A stretch of DNA of 64,000 nt from the human T2T-CHM13v2.0 reference genome, Homo sapiens (GCF_009914755.1 NC_060926.1); one strand, 5' to 3'; numbered from the stretch's first letter, positions 1-14,704 are shown. The notes: a model not told the origin generated them from the letters alone. Program-made: numbers and translations.

Positions 1-49
1 TTGAGGGTTCCTGTAACTCCTGAAATTAAAGACTTTAATTTTTGTGTTA

Positions 50-637
50 TTTTATTTTTTTTGAGGTGGGGTCTCACTCTGTCACCCAGCTGGATGCAGT
101 GGCGCTATCTCGACTCACTGCACCTTCCGCCTCCCCAGCTCAAGCGATGCTCCCACCTCAGTCTCCCGAGTAGTTGGGACCACAGGTGTACCCACCACAC
201 CCGCTGTTTTGTTTTGTTTTGTATTTTTGGTAGAGACTGGGTTTCACCATGTTGCCCAGGCTGTTCTTGAACTCCTGGGCTCAAGTGATTTCCCCGCCTC
301 CACTTCCCAAAGTGTTGGGATTATAGGCGTGAGCCACTGCACCGGCCATTATTTTATTTTTGAGACAAGGTCTCTTTCTGTCTCCCAGGCTGGAGTGCTG
401 TGGCGGGATCGTGGCTCACTGCAGCGTTGACGTCCTGGGCTCAATCCATCCTCCCACCTTAGCCTCCTGGGTAGCTGAGACTACAGGCATGTGCCACCAT
501 GCCCGGCTTTTTTCTTTAATGTAGAGACGGGGTCTTATCATGTTACCCAGGCTGGTCTCCAACTCCTGGGCTCAAGTGATCCTCCCGCCTTGGCCCCAAG
601 TGCTGAGATTACAGGTGTGAGCCACTCTGCTCAGCCT
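50..637 (-). mobile_element. Two tandem antisense Alus (old, J-like)
   Basis: Poly-T followed by the reverse-complement Alu consensus, twice. Confidence 0.9.
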
Positions 638-1249
638 GATTTTTTTTTTTTTAAACAAGCTTAAAAAAAAAAAAAAGCAAGCTTAGAGCCTTTCTGAGAT
701 TCTTAGTGGGGACCTTGGCTTCCAAAAGATTAAAAACCACTGGTCTAGACAGAAGTTAGAATGTTCTTTCAACTACATAACTTCTCCATTAAATAAAGTG
801 GAGTGGTGGCAGAATTTTGAGGATTGGTTATTATGACACCTCTCTTACACTTAGAGTCTTTTTTTTCCCCCAAATTTAAAGTCATTTACATTAGAACCTG
901 GGGATTTCAGCGGAATATGGATTAACTAGTGAGTAACTTTGGAACATGTGAAGCTATTCTGTAAAGTTAGGTTTGAGTGAAATGACAAAACAGGGTGCTT
1001 TGGATAGAAGGTAAAGAATGGAGGGAGAAGAGGCAGTGGCTGTGAAGAATATGAAGAGGTTAGTATTCTCCCCCAGTTTGGCAGAGGCTGGCCATCTGTG
1101 AACTGCCCATGCTTTCTAGAATGTCGGAGTTTTGGAGTGTGATGATGCGTCTGTATATCATATCTTTCTAGTCTTTCATTGTGCTTTCATTTGTTAGTCT
1201 TCTCTTGTTTTGCCATTTTTCTACTCCCTCACATGTGCTTTTGCCCTTA

Positions 1250-1579
<330 letters not shown>

Positions 1580-1879
1580 TCAAGTTGATTTCTTATTCTG
1601 CAGCTGATTCCTACTTCTCAAAGTCTACTTGACAGCTCTTATTTTTATTTATTTGTTTTTTAGAATAGGGTCTTGCTGTGTTGCCCAGGCTGCCATCAAA
1701 TTTTTGGGCGTAAATGATCCACCTACCTCTGTTTCCTGAGTACTTAGGACTACAGGCAGGCACCTTTGACAGCTGTTAGTTGTTTTTTCTGCCCTTTACA
1801 GCTATACTTCATACTTCTGAGTAACACACATATATACTTTTGTTATTTTTAATTTCCTTTCTCCCATTTTAGACATTTT

Positions 1880-2176
1880 CTTTTCTTTTTTTTTTTTTTG
1901 AGACGGAGACTCGCTCTATCGTCCAGGCTGGAGTGCAGTGGCGCGATCTCGGCTCACTGCAAACTCTGCCTCCCGGGTTCACACCATTCTCCTGCCCCAG
2001 CCTGTAGCTGGGACTACAGGCACCCGCCACCACACCCGGCTAATTTTTTAGTATTTTTAGTAGAGACGGGGTTTCACCGTGTTAGCCAGGATAGTCTCGA
2101 TCTCCTGACCTCATGATCCGCCCGCCTCAGCCTCCCAAAGTGCCGGGGTTACAGGCGTGAGCCACCGCGCCGGGCC
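1880..2176 (-). mobile_element. Alu (young, Y-like)
   Basis: CpG-rich antisense Alu; flanking ccattttagacatt is duplicated (TSD). Confidence 0.9.
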
Positions 2177-2494
2177 CCATTTTAGACATTCTGTACTGGT
2201 TATTATGCTCCTCCAAAACTGTCCTCAGACACTTTGGTTTGCCCCTCATTCTTTCAGTACTGTTATTGCAGTTTTTGTTTAAATGAATATTTAACATTTA
2301 TATAAATATAAGGTAAATATTTTTGCATTTGAATTGCCCTTGTTGTGCGGTTTTGTTTTTCCTGGACTGAATAATTGCTTTATTTTTTGGTTTGCTTGTA
2401 TGTTGTGTTACTACTTGCTTACTTAAACTCAGCAATTTACACCCTCAAATGTGGTCAAACTGGTCACATAATCCCATCAATTGCAGCTTAAAAC

Positions 2495-2522
2495 ATTGAT
2501 TGATTGATTGATTGATTGATTG
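2495..2522. repeat. (ATTG)7 microsatellite
   Basis: attgattgattg... read directly. Confidence 0.9.
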
Positions 2523-2738
2523 TCTGTCTACCTGGAATACCCTTACTAACTGACTTCTCCAACCAGGATTGGTTTTTCTTCCTCTTTGCTACACAGCTGT
2601 GCTCTTGGGACTTCCCTTTATCATCAGTTTGAGAATTCCTTTCATCTTTTTTCTGAGTTAGACCCTTTGTTTCTTGTATCTCATGTCCTCTTCATTTACT
2701 TTCTTTGTTTTGGTGTAGCATAGTCTCACTTGCTTTGA

Positions 2739-2892
<154 letters not shown>

Positions 2893-4081
2893 TAGTGGGA
2901 TTACAGGTGTGTGCCACCATGCCCGGCTAATTTTTTCTATTTTTAGTAGAGATGGGATTTCACCATGTTGGTCAGGCTGGTCTTGAAACTAATGGTATGT
3001 CTTTAAAATGTCTTTACTTAATTTAGTTGATCATTTGGTTATCGAATTCTGAGTTTGAAATAATTTTTTTTTCGCAATTTTGAAAGCATTGCTCCATTTT
3101 CTAGAAGTTCTGTTGTTAGGAGTCCGATGAGATTCTTGTTCTTGGTAACTTAAAGGTTTTCTGGAAGTGTCCTTTCAATTGGGAAACTCATTTCTTTCAG
3201 TTCTGTAGCATTTCTTGTATTATTTCTTTGACCATTTCTTACCCTTTTTTTAATGACGTTTACCTGAAAGCTGGAGTTTCTCTAATTTTTCTCTTATTCT
3301 CCTCTTTTGTTTGTTCTGCCTTTTGAGAGATTTCCTTACCCTTATGTTCCAGGGGAAGAAGATTGGGGAACTCATGGTTCAGTATCTAGACTTTTCCTCA
3401 TTGTCCTGTATAATCGCGGCCTTCACCCTTGTTGGGACTCCACAGATTTGGAGCTGATCAGATGGGTTTGTTGAGAACAGCTGATCAGATGGGTTTTTGG
3501 AGGATTTTAGGGGGAGGGAGATTCATTTGACTGTGCAAGATGGGCGACAGAGTGAGACTCCATCTGAATTAAAAAAAAAATTTAGAACTGCATAGTGAAA
3601 AAGTAGGCCACAAATATTAAGTTTTGGACAATTACAATTACATCTCTATCTTACTGTGCAAGATAGAGATGATGTGGCATCTCTTAGGGTCTTACTGTTC
3701 CTGTTTTCAGCCCTGCATCAGTTCTTGATATTTGGCAGCTTAAGTGAATTCAGGTATTTGCTTATAGTGACATCTGCTGTCATGTAAAGAAGTACTGCTT
3801 GCATCAGATATTGTCCTGTTTACATAACATGGGCTGTGCTCCTTCCTAGCTGTGTATCTTTAAACAAGGCATTTACCTGCTTGAGCTTCAGTTCCCTTGT
3901 AAAGTGAGCAGGTTAGAGGCAAAAGATCATATAGAAGAATAATTTGTAAAGTTGTTTAATTATCTTAAGATTGTCTACTTTAATAACATAGTTGGAAGCA
4001 AAGAAGGTAATGGAATTATTTTTCTATTATGTTTTGGCATTGTACCTTGAATCTATTTCTTCATTTTGAAAAGGGGGAACT

Positions 4082-4394
<313 letters not shown>

Positions 4395-4626
4395 TTATTT
4401 TTGTTAAGATTGCTGTAGTTCTTTTTTTTTTTGAGACGGAGGCTTGCTCTGTCGCCAGTGCTGGGATTGCAGGTGTTAGCCTGGCATTGAGCAACGTTTT
4501 GTAATTTAAGCATACAAGTCTCTCACCTCCTTGTTTACATTTATTCCCAGGCATTTTTTTCTTTTAGATGCGATTGTAAATGGAATTGCTTTCTTAATTT
4601 CCTTTTCTGATTGTTCGTTGCTGGTA

Positions 4627-6132
4627 CAGTAGTCCCTTCTTATCCACAGTATTGCCTTACGTGGTTTTACTTAGCTGTGTCACCCGTGGTCCAAAAATAT
4701 TGAATGGAAGATTATATAAATAAACATTTCATGAGTTTTAAATTGCAAACGGTTCTGAATAACATGGTAAAAATCTCACGGCCTCCTGCTCCGTCCTACC
4801 TAGGACACAAGTCATCCCTTTGTCCGACATATTCATGCTGTATGTGCTCGCCACCCGCTAGTTACATACTAGTCATCTCAGTTATCAGATCAGTTGTTGG
4901 AGTATTGCAGTGCTTGTGTTCAAGTAACCTTTATTTTATTTAAAATGGCACCAAAGAGCAAGAGTAGCGATGCTGGCAGTTCACATATGCAGAGAGAAGC
5001 CATATAGTGCTTCCTTTAAGTGAAGAGGTGAGTTTTTTTGTTTTTTTTTTTTTTTTGGCTTAAACAACAGAAATTTATTTTCTCATGGTTCTGGAGGCTA
5101 GAAGCGGCAGATCAGGGTGCTGCTGCTTTGGTTCCTGATGAGGGCTTTCTTCCTGGCTTATAGGTTGGCTGGCATCTTGTCCTCACATGGCAGAGGGAGA
5201 GTACTGTAGTCTCACCTTGCTTTTTATTATTATTATTTTTTTAATTTATTTTTTTATTGATAATTCTTGGGTGTTTCTCACAGAGGGGGATTTGGCAGGG
5301 TCATGGGACAATAGTGGAGGGAAGGTCAGCAGATAAACAAGTGAACAAAGGTCTCTGGTTTTCCTAGGCAGAGGACCCTGCAGCCTTCCGCAGTGTTTGT
5401 GTCCCTGATTACTTGAGATTAGGGAGTGGTGATGACTCTTAACGAGCATGCTGCCTTCAAGCATCTGTTTAACAAAGCACATCTTGCACCGCCCTTAATC
5501 CATTTAACCCTGGGTGGACACAGCACATGTTTCAGAGAGCACAGGGTTGGGGGTAAGGTCACAGATCAACAAGATCCCAAGGCAGAAGAATTTTTCTTAG
5601 TGCAGAACAAAATGAAAAGTCTCCCATGTCTACTTCTTTCTACACAGACACGGCAACCATCCGATTTCTCAATCTTTTCCCCACCTTTCCCGCCTTTCTA
5701 TTCCACAAAACCGCCATTGTCATCATGGCCCGTTCTCAATGAGCTGTTGAGTACACCTCCCAGACGGGGTGGTGGCCGGGCAGAGGGGCTCCTCACTTCC
5801 CAGTAGGGGCGGCCGGGCAGAGGCGCCCCTCAGAAGAGGTGAGTTTTTGACTTAGGAAAGAAAAAAGATCATATACTGGAGTTGCTAAGATCTATGGTAA
5901 GAACAAATCTTTTGTCCATGAAATTGTGAAGAAGGAAAAAGAAATTTGTGCTAGTTTTGTTGTGACACCCCAAACTGCAAAAGTTACAGCCATAGTGTGT
6001 GATAAGTGCTTAGTTGAGATGGACAAGACATTAAATTTGTGGGTGGAGGACACAAACAGGAAACATGTTTCGATTGACGGCAACCTGGTTTGATACTATT
6101 CATCGTTTTGGACATTCACTGGGGTCTTGGAA
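4627..6132 (+). mobile_element. MER44/Tigger7-family DNA transposon, interrupted by SVA
   Basis: Starts TA|CAGTAGTCCC.TCTTATCC. The internal ATGGCACCAAAGAGCAAG...CTTCCTTTAAGTGAA resumes after 5848 as GACTTAGGAAAGAAAAAAG...GGGGTCTTGGAA. Family assigned from recalled consensus. Confidence 0.8.
5038..5832 (-). mobile_element. 5'-truncated SVA (VNTR remnant plus SINE-R) with 3' transduced DNA
   Basis: SINE-R motifs (ttattgataattcttgggtgtttctc, gcatgctgccttcaagcatctg) and VNTR ggcggccgggcagaggcgcccctca. 16-bp TSD gaagaggtgagttttt at 5022-5037 and 5833-5848. Confidence 0.92.
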
Positions 6133-6206
6133 TTTCAAAAATAAGATGTTTGAGTAGCTGTATACTCTTTATCACATGGATGGAACATACTCTGGTTGTA
6201 TCAGCA

Positions 6207-7198
6207 TTTTTTTTTTTTTTTTTTTTGAGATGGAATCATTCTGTTGCCCACGCTGGAGTGCAGTGGTGCGATCTTGGCCCACTGCAGCCTCTGCCTCCCG
6301 GATTCAAGCGATTCTTTGCCTCAGCCTCCCAAGCAGTGGGGATTACAGGGGTGTGCCACCATGCCCAGCTAATTTTTGTATTTTTAGTAGAAAGGAGGTT
6401 TCTGCATGTTGGCCAGGCTGGTCTCGAACTCTTGGCTTCAGGTGATCCGCCCGCCTCGGTCTCCGAAAGTGCTGGGATTACAGGTGTGAGCCACCGCACC
6501 CAGCCTGGTGTGCATCAGCATTTTGGACTTTGGAGTTTATGTAACCAAGGAGCCAGGCTGTGGACCTCGTTTATTACTTGAAGAATTCAATATTTATTTC
6601 TGCCTTTTTGACTCCTTGACTGTAAAATACTGATCTGATCTGTAGAGAGAACAGTACATGGACCAGGGAATCCTCAGTGCCTTAATAGATCCTAAGTACT
6701 TACTTATTCTTTCCCATAGAGGCTTACACATGGTAGGAAAAGAGATTTCTGGAATACCTTTCCTCCCCAAAGAAAGCTGGTTTCTTTTGTTTGTTAAGTG
6801 AGAGAGTGGTACCACAGGGTTTCCAAGATTTCCAAGGCTGATGAAAATTCTTCTGTTGTCTGCTTGTCTTACTTTCTTGAATTTATTTTTTGTATGTTAT
6901 GTATTTATTATTTAGAGAGAGGATCTCCCTGTGTCACCCACGCTGGAGTGCAGTGTCACAGTCATAACTCACGGCAGTGTCAACCTCCTGGGCTCAAGTG
7001 ATTCTCCTTCCTTGGCCTCCTGAGTAGCTAGGAACACAGGCATGCTCCACTATGCCTGGCTATTTTTTTCTCCCTGGAGACAGGATCTTGTTGTGTTGCA
7101 CAGGCTGGTTTCAAACTCTTGGCCTCAAAGCTAGCCTCCCACCTTGGTCTCTGAAAGTGCTAGAATTAAAGGTGTGACCAACTGCACCCAGCTTATTT

Positions 7199-7240
<42 letters not shown>

Positions 7241-7545
7241 TTTGGGAGATGGAGTCTCGCTCTGTCGCCCAGGCTGGAGTGCAATGGCACGATCTCAGCT
7301 CACTGCAACCTCTGGCTCACTGCAACCTCCACCTCCTGGGTTCAACTGATTCTCGTGCCTTAGCCTCCCGAGTAGCTGGGGTTACAGGCACCCACCATCA
7401 TGCCTGGCTAATTTTTGTATTTTTGTCAAGACGGGGTTTCACCATGTTAGCCAGGCTGGTCTCAAACTCCTGACCTCAGGTGATCCGCCCACTTCGGCCT
7501 CCCAAAGTGCTGGGATTACAGGCATGAGCCGCTGCACCCAGCTCT
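6207..7545 (-). mobile_element. Three antisense Alus (about 6207-6505, 6910-7190, 7245-7545)
   Basis: Reverse-complement Alu consensus with T tails. Confidence 0.88.
7201..7240. repeat. (GAT)13 microsatellite in an Alu tail
   Basis: gatgatgat... read directly, abutting an antisense Alu. Confidence 0.95.
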
Positions 7546-7731
7546 ATTTTTTGTTTTGTGATAGGAAATTATAAAACATGGAATTATGCATTTGTCAGCC
7601 TTTAAAAAAACTTTTAAGTGAATGAAAGTGGCGTATTTGAACATCAACTTAGGACAGATTTTTACTACTTTTGAAAAAATGTTGGAAAATATTTCTGTAT
7701 GAAAAGTAAAACAACTTTTAATTTTTTTTAG

Positions 7732-7799
7732 AAGTCAATGAAAGGATTCTATTTTGCAAAGCTGTATTATGAAGCTAAAGAATATGATCTTGCTAAAAA
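7732..7799 (+). CDS. RANBP2: RANBP2 exon 2 (68 nt)
   Basis: tttttag|AAGTCAATG ... GCTAAAAA|gtaagt; KSMKGFYFAKLYYEAKEYDLAK. Confidence 0.96.
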
Positions 7800-8317
7800 G
7801 TAAGTACAAACTGTAGCATGTATTTTTTTTTTAAAATCAATGCCTTTTCTCATTTTCTTCTTTGAAATAGGTAAAAATATGTTCTTAGTAGTTCTTCCTA
7901 AGTGTATTCTGGAATAAGGGATTTATCACTCAGACTGATGCTAAGGACCAGCCTAGATTCCATTGAGATTGAAACCGTAATTAGTGTTTTCTGCATGCTG
8001 CTGCTTTATACCAAGGGCAAGAAATTGTTTGGCTTCAAATACTTTTTCTAAAAATTGTCTTCTGTTGGAGTAAAAGAGGACCATGCCTATATCTTAATTT
8101 GTTTTTGGTTAGATATCTGATACCTTAATCAGATGGAAAATAGCAATGAATAAAAAATTAAACCGTAATTGTAAGGCAGGAGAATAGCTTGTATAAAAGA
8201 TGTTTAATTGACACAATATGTGATGCTCTAAGGCTCTATCCTAGGGATAAGAAGCTTGGTGATTCTGATTTCCTGACTTGGAGTGGATTAAAGCAGGAAA
8301 TTAAGAGGGAGTCAGGC

Positions 8318-8616
8318 TTTTTTTTTTTTTTTTTAGGCAGTATCTGTCTCTCTTGCTCAGGCTGGAGTGCAGCAGCTGGCTCCATCTTTGCTCACTGTAA
8401 CCTCTGCCTTCTGGGCTCAAGAGATCTTCCCACCTCAGCGCCCCAAGTAGCTGGGGATACAGATGCGCACCACCACACCTGGCTAAGGTTTGCATTTTTT
8501 GGTAGAGACAGGTGTCACTATGTTGCCCAGGCTAGTCTTGAACTTCTGAGCACAGCAGTCTGCCTGCCTCGGCCTCCCGTAGTGTTGGGACTACAGGTGT
8601 GTGTTACTGCTCCCAG
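8318..8616 (-). mobile_element. Old antisense Alu
   Basis: Diverged reverse-complement Alu. Confidence 0.85.
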
Positions 8617-9373
8617 CTGGGAGGCAGGCTTTTAAAGGCATCCAAAGGAAGATGGAAATGCTGGTAAGAAAGGAAAATGGTGGTACATAAATTATGTAAC
8701 TAGCAGCACTGTGACTGTTAACTCTTGTACCTTTTTACTGTGAGACTTTAATCCCTTAGTTTAGGTCTGGCCTAATTTCTCTGATCGTAATACTGTCAAG
8801 GAACCTAGAGGATATTTACTTATTTTAGTTGTTACTTGATTTGAGAAATGGAAATTTCCTGTATTTGGTACTGTAATGAGTAATTTTTCTTCTGTTCGAT
8901 TTTAGCTGGATATAGTACTGTTAGAAATTACTTTCTTGCTTAAAGGGTAAATGTATTTCCCTTTGTTGTTTGGGAAATTGTTGCTGTTTAGTATTTTGCA
9001 TTATGATAACTTTAAAAATGTTTACTATAATCACTTCTAATTTATTCGCAAAACTGTTAGTGCTTTATTAAAATGTGATCAGGAAGAAAAAGCAATTTAT
9101 ATGTTCATTTCTTATGTGTGGATAACACTGGAGAAAAATTTGGTAAATGTGACATTTAATGGTAAAATGAGTATGTGGTCAACTCTATGTACGTGTTTTT
9201 AAGTATTATCTATTTCTATGAGTACTTCTGAGTTATCTGTATGAATAGCGGTAGTTTTGAGTAACAATATAAACGAGTTTAGTGGTTGCTTTGGTTTAAG
9301 ATGTATTCTTCGGTTAGCATTTAAAAGTACAGTTCTAAGTTTAATTTACTTTTGTATTACTTTTAAAAAACAG

Positions 9374-9485
9374 ATACATATGTACTTACATTAATGTGCA
9401 AGAGAGGGATCCCAAAGCTCACAGATTTCTGGGTCTTCTTTATGAATTGGAAGAAAACACAGACAAAGCCGTTGAATGTTACAGG
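9374..9485 (+). CDS. RANBP2: RANBP2 exon 3 (112 nt), TPR region
   Basis: aaacag|ATACATA ... TACAGG|gtaagt; YICTYINVQERDPKAHRFLGLLYELEENTDKAVECYR. Confidence 0.96.
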
Positions 9486-9921
9486 GTAAGTTACAGGATT
9501 CAAATATAGCCTTTGCATAGCCAAACACATGATGCCCAGAGAAATTTATATAAGTAAGTCAAATATATTTTATGAATATCATAAAACAGGCATTGGTATC
9601 ATAGTACAGTTATGTGACACAGCTTGGAACAGATTTAGAATTGTTTAACACCTATAAATTGTAAGTCTAACACGGTCAGAAATGGTGTTCTTTTGTGTTT
9701 TTTGTATTCAAATGACACAAATATAATTTTTATTTGATTCATTTCCAGAGAATTCCAAGACACTTTTATTTTAACACCTTTGAAGTAACATGTTTTCTCT
9801 AGAAGTAGAATTTTTTAAGGGTTGGAGTGATAATTTTTTAACCTTTATATATAAGTATATATACTCCTACATACATACATACAATTTATTTACTAATCTT
9901 TAATTTCTTTTCTGATATTAG

Positions 9922-10074
9922 CGTTCAGTGGAATTAAACCCAACACAAAAAGATCTTGTGTTGAAGATTGCAGAATTGCTTTGTAAAAATGATGTTACTG
10001 ATGGAAGAGCAAAATACTGGCTTGAAAGAGCAGCCAAACTTTTCCCAGGAAGTCCTGCAATTTATAAACTAAAG
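9922..10074 (+). CDS. RANBP2: RANBP2 exon 4 (153 nt)
   Basis: attag|CGTTCA ... CTAAAG|gtaaac; RSVELNPTQKDLVLK...PAIYKLK. Confidence 0.96.
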
Positions 10075-10901
10075 GTAAACAAACAAAACATAAAGGGAGA
10101 AAACTTAAGACATAACCATTTCTAATATTTGGAATTTAAATTACTTTTCAATAGCAAACCTTAAGCCCAGGTGTTAGTGTTTCCTTTAAAAATTTTCTTT
10201 TAAAAAGTGTGTTAAAACCTTTCTGAGCATCTACTGTCTTATTAGGCATTGTTATACTTTATAAGTGACATCTCATTTACCTTTCTGGAATAATTAATAT
10301 TTTAGGGATTTTACAGTTTAGTAGCTGTAAACTAAGTAGAGCTAAGATTTACATTAAGTTCCGTCTGGTATACAATTTTTGCTTCATTAAGTGAAAATTA
10401 CCTACAGGATGACAATTTAGGGATATTTTAAAGAAGTGTTTTCTAATAACTATTGTCTGAAAGTAGAAGGGATTGCATTTTGAGATAGTAAGGTTTTCAA
10501 GCAAAAGACAAAAGGTGGTTTCTCTAGTATATAAGACGTAATTACTAAAAATGGTAGGAAGTTCTTGCTAGTGTGTTGACTGGTCCTGATATTCTTTATA
10601 GAGTAAAATATAGTTTACTAAGTAACTGTTCTGGAGAAAATCTACACAAATATGTTTGGCAAACATTTAAAATGTATATTGTAATGTTTTATATATTAAT
10701 GTATACTTTATCGTGTGTGTACAATATTAAATTATAAATGTATATTTGCCTTTAGCCTCCTTCTATCCCCATTATATATGTTTCTGATAGGAATTTAAAA
10801 AATTTTAATTTTGAAATAATTATAGATTTTTTTGCACAGGAAGTTGCAAAGATTGTACAGAAAGATTCTGTATGCTACTTCATTTTTCCCCAATGCTTAT
10901 A

Positions 10902-11130
10902 CAGGTTGAGCATTTAAAATCCGAAATCCTAAATGCTCCAGAATCTGAAATTTTTTGAGCACTGACATGATGCTCAAAGGAAATGCTCATTGGAGAATTT
11001 TGGATTTCAGATTTTCAGATTTGGGATGCTCTACCTGCTAAGTATCCTGCAAATATTCCAAAGTCTGAAAAAATTCAAAATCTGAAATACTTCTGGTCTC
11101 AAGCATTTTGCATAAGGGATACTCAACCTG
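10902..11130. mobile_element. Tigger4/MER46-type MITE inside an L1M fragment
   Basis: Terminal inverted repeats CAGGTTGAG ... CTCAACCTG, preceded by TA; internal atccgaaatc/ttttggatttcaga motifs. Confidence 0.8.
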
Positions 11131-11415
11131 TTTAACCCGACCAAAGCACACTATCAAAATCAGGAATTTTGACATTGGTACAATGTGTATGTATAGTTTT
11201 CTTTCATTTTATCACGTGTAGATTCATACCACCACTGCAGTCAAGATACAGAACTACTCTATTACCACAGAGATCTTCCTCATGCTGCCCCTTTTGTAGT
11301 GATGCTATTTACTTCTCTTCACTATGCCTGACCTCTGGCAACCATTAATCTGTTCTCCATCTTTATACTTTGGTGATTTCAAAATGTTATGTAAATGTCA
11401 TCATGAAGTATGTGA

Positions 11416-12034
<619 letters not shown>

Positions 12035-14132
12035 TAACCATTCACTTTTGAGGGACATTTTGGTTATTTCTAGGTTTTGGCTATTGTTCAGCTGCTATGA
12101 ACAATCAAGTACAGATTTTTGAAGCTGAAAAAGCATTGAAGATGCTTCCAAAGATAAATATTACTGATAAGTTTTTCTCCCCAGTAATAAGCAGCTGGAT
12201 TTTAAATATTAATCTAAAACGTGAGGTCTAATTGTGCAGATTTCTTTACTCTCTTAGGTGTTATGCCTCAAACATAACTCCCATATTGGGCGTGGCAATC
12301 CAGTTAATCTGGTGTCAGTAGTGTTAAAGAACATATGTAATGATAGGAGATTCTTTTCTTGCAGTGTAACAAGTTAGATACTTTGAAGCATTCTTTAAAG
12401 ATTTTCTTTAATAACTTGAAGGCACTGTTACACCTTTCCTGTATCAGATTTTTTTTTTTTGGAATTGAAATCCATGAGATTTATAACTGTCATGCAAAGT
12501 AATTCCATTTCTCCTAAAATTTAAGGCTTGCTAAGGTAAACAGTTTCTGACATTTGTTTAATGAATGAGAGTATTACTGTTGAGAAGGCTTTTTCTCTCA
12601 AGTATGAGATAGAACTTTTTAAAAAGCACTCATAGTGGTTTTTAAAAATATTTTTAACATAGAGTCAAAGACTAGGGCTTTTGCAATAGGGAGAGGCCAG
12701 GGTTTCATCCATCTCATCCAGAAGAGGAGAAATTGATAAAGGAGAGAGGGGAATGAAATACAGAGTAGTAATGGGCGGCTTGGTCTTGAGAGTTGGGGAA
12801 AGACGAGTTTAAGTAGGTAAGGTAAAATGGAATTTATATGTGATAGCATCAGGTTTCTCAGTGAAGGATGAATCTAGGTTATAAGTTGAAAGTGAGGGTC
12901 AAAGGAAGGTATGGGGAAGTTGAGGAAATAGGAGGTGTGAAGTGTCAGAGTGGAGAAAGTGAGTATTAGTACTAAAATGGTATTTTGTTTTAGGCAGCAC
13001 CAGTTTGATGGTTGAGATAATGCAAATGAAATCAGTTAGCTTGGGGTTATGATTTCCCAAATCTAAGCACACAGAAACCAGTTTGGGGGTTCTTCTGAGG
13101 AAAAGAGGGAATTAGTTGAAGGGATCTGTAAGCAAACAGTAATTATGGATATAAGGGATTATAGCATTTTTTGCCTGACAGAAGAAAGTGTGTATATTTA
13201 TATGTGTTTACAGGTGTTTAAAACTTGATGATGTTATTGTCTTGAAGGGAACTTGTCATGTGGTGGAGAAGTATATTTCTGAAAGTAAGGGTATGTAGGC
13301 CCTCAGTGAGGTAGAAGAATAACAAGGGTGGTATGGTGGTTTCGGTGGTATGACCAAAATACAGATTTTGAAGACCTGTGTCAGTGGCAAGTGGATGGTT
13401 GAGGTTCGAGTGGAGGATAACATCACTGGAGATGAGGTGATTAAGGAACTGAGTAGTCAGCCTGGGCAACACAGCAAGACCCCATCTCTACAGAACGTTA
13501 AAAAAAAATTAGCCGGGCACGGTGGTGCATGCCTGTGGTCCTAGCTTCTTGAGAGGCTGATGGAAGAGCATCGCAAATGAGAAGTGAGTGGCCACAAACC
13601 CTACTTCCTCTCCTTGTATGTAAGTTCAGAGAGAAAAAGCCATCATGGTAGTGGGGGTTATCCTGAGATGATACTGTCTTCATTTAAGGTCAGGAGGTGA
13701 TGACAGTGCTTTGAGATGGTGATGAAGGTAACAGAACAGTGGGAGGAGAGGGGATGCGGGATTGAGTCAGATTTAAGGAGATACAGAGCAGTTTGAACAT
13801 AAGGACCTTGTTGCTGAGGATTGACTGGGGAGGTCTAGGCTTCTGGTGGTGACTCAGATGGACAGGAATGTGTGGCATTAGTCCTGGTAGTCTCTGAAGA
13901 GAGTATGAGCTACTGCAGTAATCACAGATGCTTTTCTTCACATACAGTTCTTGAGGCTTAGTTTCTGGGTTGTAAGCAACTCTCAGAAGGGATGAATAAG
14001 GTATATAGGATGGTGTTTTTGGTGGCATCATCATAAAACTAGACATAGTGGAATGGTGCTCTTTGGGAGCATGACTTGTTTAAAATTGCACAAGTGTTAC
14101 TCTAATAATTTTTCTTTTTCCCCTCTAAATAG

Positions 14133-14363
14133 GAACAGCTTCTAGATTGTGAAGGTGAAGATGGATGGAATAAACTTTTTGACTTGATTCAGTCAGAACT
14201 TTATGTAAGACCTGATGACGTCCATGTGAACATCCGGCTAGTGGAGGTGTATCGCTCAACTAAAAGATTGAAGGATGCTGTGGCCCACTGCCATGAGGCA
14301 GAGAGGAACATAGCTTTGCGTTCAAGTTTAGAATGGAATTCGTGTGTTGTACAGACCCTTAAG
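14133..14363 (+). CDS. RANBP2: RANBP2 exon 5 (231 nt)
   Basis: aaatag|GAACAG ... CTTAAG|gtagat; EQLLDCEGEDGWNK...VVQTLK. Confidence 0.96.
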
Positions 14364-14704
14364 GTAGATAAAAGCTATTGGGTCTTTACATTTCTATGTA
14401 GGCAATTAGCATACATCTTTTTGTACTAAAGCAGCAGTGCCCCGCAGGACTTAAAATTTCTTTTATTTATGTAGAACAGTTATAAAATGAAATTTTTACC
14501 AGGATCAGTTAAATTTATAATGGGAAGATTGGGGAGATAACTATGATAAATGTATATATTTTTGGTGTTTTATAAGGTCGATATAAAAATCAATATAGTT
14601 TCACAAATGTGGTTGGAGTGAGAAAAGGAATTTGTAGGCTTAAAATGATTAATTTCTTAACATTTGATTAAGTTTTGTAACTTACTGTTCATTCCACAAA
14701 ATAG

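Noticed and set aside
3452-3496. 18-bp direct repeat agctgatcagatgggttt, 27 bp apart
   Set aside because: A simple small tandem duplication with no other supporting structure.
5246-5806. ORFs 5426..5806 (+) and 5246..5482 (-)
   Set aside because: They are standard translations of the SVA SINE-R region.
7144-7473. ORF with a poly-Asp run
   Set aside because: It is a (GAT)n microsatellite between two Alus.
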